From Epithemia pelagica (Eukaryota > Protista > Bacillariophyta), in assembly GCA_946965045.2 (NCBI GenBank), contig OX337233.1:186001-250000 (forward strand): a stretch of DNA of 64,000 nucleotides. Reading direction: 5' to 3'. Position 1 is the first letter of the stretch. Each line of letters opens with the position of its first letter. This document shows positions 1-10,115 of the stretch, piece by piece. Below the pieces are notes generated by a model, which ran no database searches, was not told where the DNA came from, and saw nothing but the letters and a program-made list of their open reading frames with translations. A program made the translations under genes and the position numbers.

Positions 1-174
1 TCTCTTGTGGTTGCTATCCTCGTCCGTATCGGGATGTCCAATTACGACCGAAGCATGATAGTCTCGCGCTCCTCCCATAAGAGCAGGCCAATCGTTTTCA
101 TTCCATTCAGGTGACTCGTCTAACAAAACAAGTTCCGACTGCCATGCTTGTTCTTTCAGTGTTGTTGTGGTCAT
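1..174 (-). CDS. Kelch-repeat protein K0, N-terminal part (cut by window edge)
   Basis: Manual translation from the ATG at 174 gives MTTTLKEQAWQSELVLLDESPEWNENDWPALMGGARDYHASVVIGHPDTDEDSNHKR, homologous to the N-termini of all other Kelch copies in the window. Confidence 0.85.
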   Translation of the reverse strand, partial: MTTTTLKEQAWQSELVLLDESPEWNENDWPALMGGARDYHASVVIGHPDTDEDSNHKR

Positions 175-270
175 GGTTGCAAAGGTTCCAACTGCAGAAC
201 TTATGAGGATCGAGACACTGTCTTGTAAGAGGCACGTGTAGGTTTGCTCTGTTGTTGTGATGCCGATGCT

Positions 271-298
271 GATGGGTGCGGACTGGAAGCACGACTGA
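271..298 (-). promoter_or_regulatory. Class A conserved upstream motif of Kelch genes
   Basis: GATGGGTGCGGACTGGAAGCACGACTGA (plus strand) recurs about 90-100 bp upstream of the ATG of K0, K2 (22433-22460), K4 (36032-36060), K6 (48112-48140) and K9 (61437-61464), and at an orphan site (10529-10556). Regulatory role is inferred from positional conservation. Confidence 0.5.
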
Positions 299-1663
299 GT
301 GCATGAAATCGATGGACCAAAGAGTGGGGTAGGAGTTTTCGTCACGAGACAAATCGTGACAGTTGCTTCGGCCGGTTGTTGTTGGCACTGCTCTTGTTGT
401 TCCATCCTGCTAGTACTGCTGGTTAATGGTCAGAGGCCAGCATGGCGGGTGCCCTGTCGTTGTCGTGGTACTGGCAAAGGTCAGTTTCGTCGCCATGTAT
501 AATTTTGGGATGCGTCGTCGTAGTAGTACAGTGTGTCGTGGTGCCTCTCGCAAAGAACCCCAGCAATACGTCTCTCTTGTCCGAGCCCTGCCAAACGTCG
601 TTGGGAACTAGCATATCACAATATAGGGCATGTGCTCCTCCGTCATCCTCTCGACTTGCAGAACACCAATGGCTGGATGCGCAGTGCCTGCAACCAAGAT
701 TGGTTTCCAATCCCCTCTAGTATAGTGTATAGTAGAACAACAATTTGTTGGTGGGTGCCAGCAAGAAGAGGTGGCCACCATGTGGCTTTGATGACCAAGT
801 GGAACAATTCTGGTCGAGACAAGTCTAGAGTCCTTTTAGTATTCGTTTCCAAGAAGAGGAAGAAACTTGACAAAACAGGAAAATCCAGTTGCTGCCGGCC
901 TTGAAGCGTAAGCGCAGAATGCCCGTAACAGTGATGAAGGTGATGTTTGTTGTTGTTGTTGGAATATCCAACAATACAATGAATGCTCCACAGTCTGTCT
1001 GGTTGTTGGTTCCTTACGCATACCGCGTCGACGAGAAGCAACGACACTGCCCACATGCTGAGGACGGAGACATGTGTAGCTTGCGAATCCTCTGGGAAGG
1101 TAGTTCGTCGACCGAGCTGTTGTTGACTGTTGACACTTGGCAACCTCGTTCGGCGTCTTTTACGAAAAGCACCGGCAGGTTGAGACGGACAAGCATTAAA
1201 AGTCGAAAGTCATCTGGAATTCATAATGCGGCGGTACGATTGCTGTAAAGCTGCGCAGTGCATGTTCTGATGATGGTGGGTTGTAATATATGGCCGTCCA
1301 CGTTCCACATCGTCCATTGTCGTCGACCCGTTTAGTTCGCCACGCAACAGTCCTAGCGTTTCTAATATCTTTTACTGTCCTAAAGATTTTGTTTAAGTTC
1401 AGGCTTTTTGGTGCACATCCATTATTAGTTCCCAGCGGGAGTGAGTCATGAGGATTAGTGAATGAGTCGTTTGAACAGCAAAAGCACGCGGCCCACCCCC
1501 AAGCATGGGGCGACTGGTCAGTCGCACTTTTCAAGTGCATTCCCTTAGTCACCCCCACGGCTCGAGGGCCCCAAATCGCCAATTTCTCGACTCTGATACA
1601 AACTGCATTTCACCTCCACAGAGCCACCACGGAGGCAAACTAGTGAGGACGATTACATCCATC

Positions 1664-2560
1664 ATGGCTACCCGCACCTCCAACCCCGACCACAAGGCTC
1701 TCACCAATACTACCCACGACGGTTCTACGAAAGCGCGGGCTCTCCAAAGCCTCTCCTCATTGGAGCAAGACACTCTAAATACAAGGCTCTCCGACTGCAA
1801 CAACAACAAGACAGATGACCATGCTGCAAGGGGCCAAGATAATCCTTTTCCATCCAACCGAACGCCTCCGGTCACCCATCTTTCTACTAATAATGAATCC
1901 CATGGGCGTCCTTCCCTCGAAGGCGCCGTCAACTCCGTATTCAGAGGCTGGCATGGAAAGACGGCCCGGTCATGGCAAGTCCATGCATGTAAAGAAGTAC
2001 TTCAACGCCAATTGAGCCGCAACCCCCCTTCCCTTCTACGTCCTATTCTTCTTGTTCGTTCAACTGGTGGTGGAAAATCTGCCGTGAGAGACGTTTCCGG
2101 AATACTTTGTGGTCCAATCACGATCACAATCGTTCCCCTTTTGAGTTTGGCCGCCGATCAAACCTCCAAGTTGACGGAGCTATCGTTGTCTCGAAGGCTG
2201 TCGAATCGCCTCCATGTCTACAATCTGGATGTCATTCGGTCGAAGAACCTGAATGACCTTCTTCGGAGCCATCTTGAGGCGTTACCCAACAACAAGACCA
2301 CGAAGAAAAGAGTATTTCTGTTCACATCACCGCAGAAACTCACACGAGACCCACTCTGGCAACAAACCATATCCATTTGTTGTCGCAATGGCACTTTGCG
2401 CTCTGTTGCTATCGACGAGTGCCACCTCTACGCAAGTTTACAAAACTTGTCAATCACGTCGACTTGGATAAGGGGTGGAGGCACTTTTGGTTGCTGGGTA
2501 GCCTCTTCGACGGCCTTCTGCAGCTTCTCTTCCCATTCGAGCCTGTACTTTTCCGAATGA
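1664..2560 (+). pseudogene. RecQ-family SF2 helicase, N-terminal ATPase half only
   Basis: Motif I LVRSTGGGKS, motif Ia IVPLLSLAADQ, FTSPQKL and motif II VAIDECH are present. Homology stops right after DECHLY (~2430) and motifs III-VI are missing. The likely ATG is 1664; the track ORF starts at 1505. Confidence 0.75.
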
Positions 2561-4371
2561 ATTTTCGTTTGGAACCGAAACCAAATATGTCTCAAATCAG
2601 ACGTGGCAGAACGATCTCCATGCGTCTCTTGGACAAGACGATGGAAGAGGGTCAATCTATCGTCCCCGTCGTCTTTCAGTTGCTTGAACACGTCATTCCA
2701 GTTGCGCTCGTTGTGATAATCGGCCTGAAGAAAAATAGCCTGTGGGTACGAGAACAACTCGAACCACGACAGGTGTTGTTCAAGACACTGTTCGGGAGGA
2801 GAAATGATGCTGCATGACTTGTCTGACAAAAATATTGGAAGCTTTAGGTGTATTGAACGCCGGGTGGACTCCTTCAAGGAATGAACAATGTCTTCGTATA
2901 ATAGATATGCACCCGTTACATGCTTGGTGTCGCCATTTTGTAAAACCCAGCCACATAGTTGCTTGAATTCTTTGCCGAGGCAAAAAACCGTTGGTAAATG
3001 TAGACATTGGGAGGTGTCTCGCCACACCTTGAGCCAACGCTTGCCATACCTTGGTGGAAGAAGGTCGTCATTGAAAAATAGAACAACTGGTTTACCTTCT
3101 GGAAGCAACCAGACGTCGTCAATAAGGAGTGTCCGTAAGCCAAATGACGAGACAAATTCTAGACGACTCTGTGTTGTATTGTTGGTTGCCTGGGAAGATG
3201 AACTTGCAGAATTGGACGTTGTCGTTGAGGTTTCTGTGGAATCAGCATCTGCTTGTTTGCGTTTCTTTGTCTTGCTTTGATATCGTTGCTGTTTGTTGGT
3301 TCCATTGGTCGATCGCATTACACCGTGCGTATAGTTTCTGCTCCGTCTCATTAATTGGGAACAAAAGTTGGACGTCAGTGTCAACGGTTGTTTTGGATCA
3401 GCGGTGGGAGAAACTATGATCAATGGTGCATTCCGCGTTGGAGCATCGCCAGGATTAGCGCATGGTAAAGGGGGGTGCCGCCGAAGGTGAAGCAAGAAGG
3501 CCCCTTCGGTTACCTTTTTGACCTTGAGCTTCAAGTTGGGGAAAGCTTGAATACGCTGATGCACAGCACCATGGCGAGTCAGTTGAAAGGTTGGAGCGGG
3601 GGCATTCGGGTCAGTATCTGCTGGTGGTGGATTCGCTGTGGACGGTTCTGCGGATTGAGGGGACGCTTCGTCGGATTGAAGAATGGCAGTAGCCGTGGTA
3701 TACTGGCTTTCGCGAATGCCAGTTGTGGTACGGTCATCTGATGCTTGATCATTGGTATTCAGAAGAGCTGCCATATTGGGACAAAGGGCATCATTGGGAG
3801 ACTTGTTGAGGATCATGCTTTTCGGAGGGGACGACTGAGTACCAAATTGGACATAACCAAAAGAATCACAACGATGTAGCAAGTTGAACGATACCGAGGA
3901 TAGACCCATGGTTGTTGGACGAGGAAACGTTTCATTGGGAGTAATACCAGCATTAACAGCCGCAATGGGAAAGGCCTGGGAGAAGGTGTCAGGGGAAGGA
4001 CGTCGCACGAAGCGAGAAGAGGATGCTTCTGATGGAATGGTCGACATGGAACTTGCTGCTTCAAGGCTCAGAAATGTTGATGGTTCGGATTGCTCGGATT
4101 GCTCCGAGGATCGACTTTGAGGGGCTGGTGGATCCTTCTGCGCCAAAGGGGTTTCATAGTCTTGCGGATTGACCGTGGGAAAGGAAGCGAAACGAGGCAG
4201 AGACGGAGGATTTCTGTTGCTGGTGGATGGGGTGGTGGTTTGATTTTTGGCAATGCTTTCATCTTGGTTGTTATCAGACGCCGTCGACCTTTCGGAAACA
4301 CTGCGAGCGTCAAATAGCTCCCTTACTTCCTTCTGAGTGAGACGGTGCCGTTTGTGGGAGGAAGACGACAT
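2428..4371 (-). CDS. Unknown protein inside the TIR element (low-complexity N-terminus, globular-looking C-terminal third), probably 3'-truncated
   Basis: ORF of 647 aa from the ATG at 4371 (track ORF 659 aa). It reads inward from the right TIR and stops where the helicase homology stops. No domain recognised. Confidence 0.55.
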   Translation of the reverse strand: MSSSSHKRHRLTQKEVRELFDARSVSERSTASDNNQDESIAKNQTTTPSTSNRNPPSLPRFASFPTVNPQDYETPLAQKDPPAPQSRSSEQSEQSEPSTFLSLEAASSMSTIPSEASSSRFVRRPSPDTFSQAFPIAAVNAGITPNETFPRPTTMGLSSVSFNLLHRCDSFGYVQFGTQSSPPKSMILNKSPNDALCPNMAALLNTNDQASDDRTTTGIRESQYTTATAILQSDEASPQSAEPSTANPPPADTDPNAPAPTFQLTRHGAVHQRIQAFPNLKLKVKKVTEGAFLLHLRRHPPLPCANPGDAPTRNAPLIIVSPTADPKQPLTLTSNFCSQLMRRSRNYTHGVMRSTNGTNKQQRYQSKTKKRKQADADSTETSTTTSNSASSSSQATNNTTQSRLEFVSSFGLRTLLIDDVWLLPEGKPVVLFFNDDLLPPRYGKRWLKVWRDTSQCLHLPTVFCLGKEFKQLCGWVLQNGDTKHVTGAYLLYEDIVHSLKESTRRSIHLKLPIFLSDKSCSIISPPEQCLEQHLSWFELFSYPQAIFLQADYHNERNWNDVFKQLKDDGDDRLTLFHRLVQETHGDRSATSDLRHIWFRFQTKIHSEKYRLEWEEKLQKAVEEATQQPKVPPPLIQVDVIDKFCKLA

Positions 4372-5231
4372 TATAGAAGATGTTCTGGACCACCGCACCT
4401 CCACCACCGTGATGAATGAGGGTGTGTTGCATGTGGTTTTCGGAATTTTGTATCAGAGTCGAGAGAGACCAGGTCGAGCCGTGGGGGTGAGTAGACAAAT
4501 GCACGAAGTGCATTCAATCACGCGTGATTGGACTCACCCCATGCTTGGGGGTAGCGGCCCACATGCGTCCCGACTGTTCATCCCCGCTGGGGGAAATCCA
4601 TAATAGATGGACGAAGCGAGATGACGGCGATGAGGAGGACGGCGACGACGACTTGACCTCTCATCGAGCAATTTCACCAACATGTCTCTTCCGGAGACGA
4701 TGATAGATAACGAAAACCATGAAGTCGCCTCCTTCAATCCGTGACAATTGAATTGCGGGGCCCAGGATGAGCATGAGAGTTTGCATGAACCGGCAAGTTC
4801 GAATGCGAATCTCTCCGATCTACTGTGAGCAAAGATCCGCAAAAAGATGCGACAACTCTCGATGGGGAGTCATTCTTGTCATCAATGACCCACCATGGTG
4901 GCTGCTCCGTGCCGTTGCCGTTCTGAATTCTGGAGCCGTGGCACTGGCAATGGGCAACTCAATTTGGGCTCGTAACCTGGCAAACCGTGTGGATCTTTGT
5001 CCTTGGCTCGTCCTCTGTTGAATCGTCTTGAAACAACTCTGGAGGGGAGTTTGGTTTTGCAGACGATTCATCGACTGTTCGGAATGGCACTTGGACGGCT
5101 GGACAACCAAGGTTTGTCCTCCCGTTGGTACCAGTGCAAGGGATCTCGGTGGAACATCGTACCATGGCACCATCTCCGATTTCCATTATTGCTGGCATGT
5201 GAAAAAGACAAGTAATATACAACAACCTTGA

Positions 5232-5645
5232 CCAAGACCAAATGCCTGGTGGCTATCGGGTTCGATTGCACAAGTTCAAGGAGGTCCCTATTGGCACTTG
5301 GCTGTCATTGCCAATGTCTATAACGATGGACGGTATCTGCTCGATTGGAAACCAGAATTTAACGAACATGAAGTGGAGAGGGTGAGTCGTTTTGATCCCC
5401 CTTCTGTGATTGGCGAAACTATTCGGTACGAGTGATGGATGAAGCAATCACATGGGTGTATGAAGATTGTCCTGTGCGGTTGACTTAGTCCGACACATGG
5501 CAAATGGCGATGCCTCTTTTACAGTCGAGGCAAATGGTTGTATACGACAGAGTTTGAGGACGGTGAGATTTGTGACAAGATTGAATTTGGTGATATTCAG
5601 CACGCTGTCAGAGAAAAGAACGAGGCGCGTCCTCTACAGTCATAG
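5232..5645 (+). pseudogene. Decayed Tudor/Agenet-like domain gene (not in ORF track)
   Basis: Manual translation gives WLSGSIAQVQGGPYWHLAVIANVYNDGRYLLDWKPEF and THGKWRCLFYSRGKWLYTTEFEDGEICDKIEFGDIQHAV, separated by stops and frameshifts. The patterns resemble Tudor-type beta-barrels. Two differences from the duplicate at 55540-55953 (GCA/GCG, TTT/TTC) are synonymous in this frame. Confidence 0.35.
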
Positions 5646-5889
5646 TGATTGTAGTTTGTTACTGTTGGATTCCAGCGAAAAAAGCGACTTCTGCCAAACC
5701 ATCTCTTGAATCTGATCGGTAGAGGCTGGCAAAGCAATTCACACAGCGATAAAAACGGTCAACAAAAAGCAACGCTGTATTACATGAGTGATTATTCTAT
5801 AGTTTCGCCATTGTAGGGCATACATGCAACATGTTGTACATTTCAGGATTATCCTTCCCTTGTTCATTGCGATGCGTATTGGTCGTGCT

Positions 5890-6225
5890 TCATTTAGATT
5901 TTTTGACGTTGACATGGTACTGCTCACACAGTCGTCGAAAACACAACGAATTCTTTTCTATAAGTGGTACTGTCGCGCAGGTAGGATTCTTGTCCCCACC
6001 AATGGCGGTAATTTGATCCGCAAGAGTCACTAGAATGCAGCGTTCAAGACGATTTCCAAAGGGTGGGAGATTCCACACGCGGGTGCGGTGCGTATCCAAG
6101 GTTTCCACAGTTGAATTGCGTCGTCGTCCCGCCACGACCAGCCAGGATCCCACAACAATCATTGCACAAGAACATCGTGGAAAGGAAAGAACCAAATCAG
6201 AATAAGTGATCCATGAATGATGACT
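5890..6225 (-). pseudogene. Kelch gene C-terminal fragment
   Basis: SWITYSDLVLSFPRCSCAMIVVGSWLVVAG...VETLDTHRTRVWNLPPFGN...CFRRLCEQ matches the last blades and tail of the full Kelch copies. No upstream blades are present. Confidence 0.8.
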
Positions 6226-6471
6226 CTGTGTCCTGCAAAGTGCCATGATGCCACCACAAAGTCCCAGATTCTTGTCTCACGACCGCACGACCACGGCAGT
6301 GGCTCTTCCACATCTAGAGACAAAAATGTGGTCTTCCTTCCCCGCCTTTGACAACAAACCAGCACATTCTATCTTGCAACATAATCTTTCAACGTTTGAG
6401 TAAACCACTTACTAGGTTCTAGGATTACAATCGAACATAGAAAACAAGTCAGTGACTTGAGAACAAAACGT

Positions 6472-7698
6472 CTAGTAGGCTTCATCCATCCCTTCATCAC
6501 CACGGTGAGTATTGGACCTTGCGCGTTTAAGAGTTGATGTCGATGTAAAGAAGGGTGAGATATCTTCATCTCGGATACCGGCATTTTCAAGAGAATGATA
6601 CCATCCGTTCGATTGGTGCTCACATAGTCGACGAAAACACCACGAATTCCTATCCATTAGTGGCAATGTCGCACAGGAAGTAGTGCGCCATCCACCAATC
6701 ACGGCAACTTGATTGGCAACAGTCACCATACTGCAGCCCCAATGATCTTCTTGCAGTCCAGGGAGATTCCACACGCGCTTGCAGTGCGTATCCAAGACTT
6801 CCACGGTTCGATTGGGTCGTCCCACTACCACCAGACACGATCCCACGGCAACCACTGCACAAGGGCTTCGTGCATTGGAAAGCCTCAACTCTGAATGAGT
6901 GGTCCAGGTGGGTGAGAAAGAAATCAACGTCGAGTCAGTTTCCTTTTCTGTCTCATCACTGTCACAGGGTGTTGTGTCGTCCAAATACTCCACCGAGTCA
7001 AGATTGCCGTACCCGTTTCGGCCTCCAACGACAAAGATGCGGTGACCAACGACTGCGCTGCCAAAAAATGATCGAGGAATATTCATGCTTGGTCCCGCAG
7101 TGACAGTGTGGTTCCTTGTATCAATAATGTCCACCGACGACAAATAACCATCGTTGTAGCCACCGTTGTAGCCACCCATTACAACAATATATCGGTTGTG
7201 CACCGCAACCGCACAACATCCTCTTCGTTGCGTTGATAAGCGACATGTCAATGTCGTCTATTGGATCTCGTGTGTGCTGCTGGTTGTTAAAGATAATTGA
7301 AGTATATCCTTGGCATCGATTCGTTCCATGCAATCCAAAGATCCTATATTGAATCCTCCAATCACGTAGATGCCGCCATTGCACACAACAGCGGCATGTC
7401 CTTCACGACTCTTGTTCATGGGCGGACCCTCTCGCCATTGCATGTCTGGGTCTGCCAGATTTAATAACAGAACGGAATCGAGACTGCCTGGATCTACTTG
7501 ATATCCGCCCAACACGACGACCGTTTGTCTCTTGCTGTTGCTATCTTTGTCAGTATCGAGATGATTTAGTACGACGGATGCATGATACTCTCGCGCTCCT
7601 CCCACAAGAGGAGGCCAGTCATTTTGATTCCATTCAGCTGTCTCGTTCTTCAGGACAAGGCCCGACTGCCATGCTTGTTCTTTTAATGTCACGGACAT
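6472..7698 (-). pseudogene. Kelch-repeat gene K1 with in-frame nonsense codon
   Basis: Track ORFs 7258-7794 and 6472-7251 are in the same frame. TAG at 7258-7260 corresponds to TGG (Trp) in the duplicate K8. Family start MSVTLKEQAW is at 7698. Confidence 0.88.
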
Positions 7699-7791
7699 GG
7701 TTCTTAACGTTTTGACCGCACAATTTATGTGGAGTGCGTTTGCGGCTGTTGCGAGAGAGAATATAATAGAAGCATCAGGACTCTTAGAATA

Positions 7792-7797
7792 CACGTG
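7792..7797. promoter_or_regulatory. Class B upstream motif (CACGTG G-box/E-box in CACGTGGAAG, followed by TCGCACATAGACTTCATGAC)
   Basis: The same motif lies upstream of K3 (33049), K5 (45591) and K8 (58087), with a variant upstream of K7 (~53220-53340). Function is inferred from position only. Confidence 0.4.
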
Positions 7798-8099
7798 GAA
7801 GCTCTGGAGCCCAAATAGCGTCTGTCGTACGTACGATATCGCACATAGACTTCATGACAGCACCACCATATAAGATGTATCTTTCCGCCAAAAGATGTGC
7901 AAATCCACCCAGATCTGTTCCCAATAACAAAAACAAAACCAAACGATGGACAACATCCACAAGAACAAGGCGTCAAAGCATCCTCATGTCTTTCGTTGAC
8001 TAGCATAAGGAATTTGGGCAAAAAACATTGTTCCATCCGAAAGCCATGTTACATGTTACATCAAAACGACCGACAGCCTTATAGAGCCAAACCAGATGA

Positions 8100-9050
8100 G
8101 GAATGAGGACCCCACTGTCACGACAACAAAAAAAGAAACCAGCCTTCGGAATGAACAAGGCCAATTGTGGACGGGTGCATCTGCGGATGGGTCAGGAATG
8201 TACAGGATTGGAACAAGCCTCGAGTGTGGTCAACAGTCACTCAGCTGTGGTAGAACAACGAGTGGTACAACAACCACCACCAGTCAAGCTTTTCCCTGGC
8301 TTCATCAAGCAACCATGATGACTAGCATGATGACGACGACTGCAGCCCTGCCTCAAGACAATAGCAGCAGGACCTTGAAGACACAACAACAAAGTCTCAA
8401 CCACCCAAACCACAACAACTGGCAACCGGCAACATCCACACCACCACTCTGACACTCGCAAGTGGCACTGGTGCAGATGTCCGATTCTTGGTTGGTGTTG
8501 AATTCCACTCGCTCGGGGACATAGTGGTTGTTGAGGCAGTCCCACACAGAATGTTTCCCAGATGTTTACTTACCCACAACCCTTTTTGCCATTAACGTCC
8601 GAACCATTGACCCCTGTTCCGACCACCACTTTCTCAAGGCAAGAGAACAATCAACCGTAGCCAGAGCAAATGCTCACCGTCATTGAGGCTTGGTTAGATC
8701 AAGGTAGCTCCGAGCATAGCGCGCCTCTGTCTGTCTCCACAGTCACCAGAGTGTCTCCCTGTTATGTGGACACGGAGACGATGCATTCCAAGGATGGAAA
8801 CGGGTGGTGCGAGGGAGTATTACTTGCCACGGAGAAATACCGCAGGGACTGCCAAAGGACTCAACAATACGACAAAAATAGCACTCAACACAGCGCAAAA
8901 CTCTGCATAATCCATGACATTGTTTTCTGGTTTCGGAACAGTCGCGTTCTCCTAGACATGCCGTATAGCATCATTAATGATTTCATTTCTACTATAGGGA
9001 TTCACATCATAATTCCACAGGTAGCAGATAATAAGACAACTGTTTGAGAT
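8100..9050 (+). repeat. Duplicated spacer block (near-identical to ~45800-46735; first part also at ~58300-58590)
   Basis: Identical translated stretches (QLWTGASADGSGMYRIG..., MLTVIEAWLDQGSSEH...) occur at both loci. Confidence 0.85.
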
Positions 9051-9129
9051 CATATTGATTATTTGATAAATATAGTGATGAAGAGGTCCTTTTGAATGAT
9101 ACATTGGTCCACAGATTGGTAATTCAACA

Positions 9130-10115
9130 TCCACAGATCGACAATCCCTAATTTCCAAGTCATCTCGTCCCACGCCATTCGTGGAACACCATTCTTTCCT
9201 TGGTCCTATACAGTCTGTTCACAACGACAGCAACAACAGAGAGAGTGGTCCTCTCTTGACTCATGATCCAATGATTTGAATGCATCGGGCATATTGTGAA
9301 GGAAGCAAGGCCACGACATGATGGACCAGAAGGAACCCATTGTGACGCGCTTCCCGTGTTGCATTAACAGCAGATGCCTGCATTCGTCTTCTTTGGACCG
9401 CTTTCGAGAATGTCACGTGGCTGTGGTTGGACCGCAAAGGTTGGTCCCTTATGTCATTATTGATACCGACTCCATCAATCATCATCTTTATGGGAGAGCC
9501 AAATCCGTGTCGTGCCGTCTTCGCCGGTTGTCAGTAATGCTCGCGCATGTCGTCCAATGATTGTGGCAGACGCATATCGCACGGGCTCAAGGGCCTCCGT
9601 TCGCTAATGGTGGGTGTCAGGACCGGTGCTACATTTGTCAATGGGTGATGTTGTCATCTCGATTGAAAACCACAAGAGTTCAAGAAGCAAAAGGTGAACC
9701 AGAGGAGTCGTCGCTTCGATGCACCTGGCGTCGAGAACGTACAAGAGTTTTGTGTGTCAGGATATGTCAAATTGCCGGTGTCAAACCACTAATGACGAAA
9801 ATACACCGTTGCAACAAAAGAGGCCGTTGGAAATTGCAGGATGTGACTGACAGATTCGGGAGTTGCATTCCTGTGGGTCTATTCCAAAAACATCCAGTTC
9901 CGCAATTTCTGAAACAGAGGTGGTAGTACAACGGCAAGAACAGGAACAAGACAATCACAGAGTGGCCTTGTCCAATTCCAGTGTGTTCTGTGACATGAAA
10001 CACCGATCGCGAACATGGATATCGACTGTGAATCCAAGCCTGGTAGCAGCTGCAGCGGCGGCAACATTGCAGTTTGAGCGTGGCTCGATCGATTGTCTGG
10101 TGTTTATTGGCCTGG
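9130..10115 (+). repeat. Duplicated spacer block (paralog of ~53430-54185)
   Basis: Shared DNA such as CCAAGTCATCTCGTCCCACGCCATT ... GCAACATTGCAGTTTGAGCGTGGCTCGATCGATT at both loci. Confidence 0.8.

Larger units (their letters stand above)
1496..4551. mobile_element. TIR-bounded DNA transposon derivative carrying a RecQ-like helicase fragment (AcademH-like, internally deleted)
   Basis: Perfect 15-bp TIRs: CCCCCAAGCATGGGG (1496-1510) and CCCCATGCTTGGGGG (4537-4551). GCGGCCCA is directly repeated on both flanks (1488-1495, 4554-4561). The segment is absent from the paralogous site at ~54860-54875 (AAAAGCACGGCCCACATGCG). Confidence 0.8.
790..8400 (+). repeat. Segmental duplication, copy A (paralog of ~54190-58590)
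   Basis: Near-identical sequence: 790-1490 matches 54190-54865, 4556-7840 matches 54866-58140, and ~7940-8400 matches ~58150-58590. The main difference is the 3-kb insertion at 1496-4551. Confidence 0.9.
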
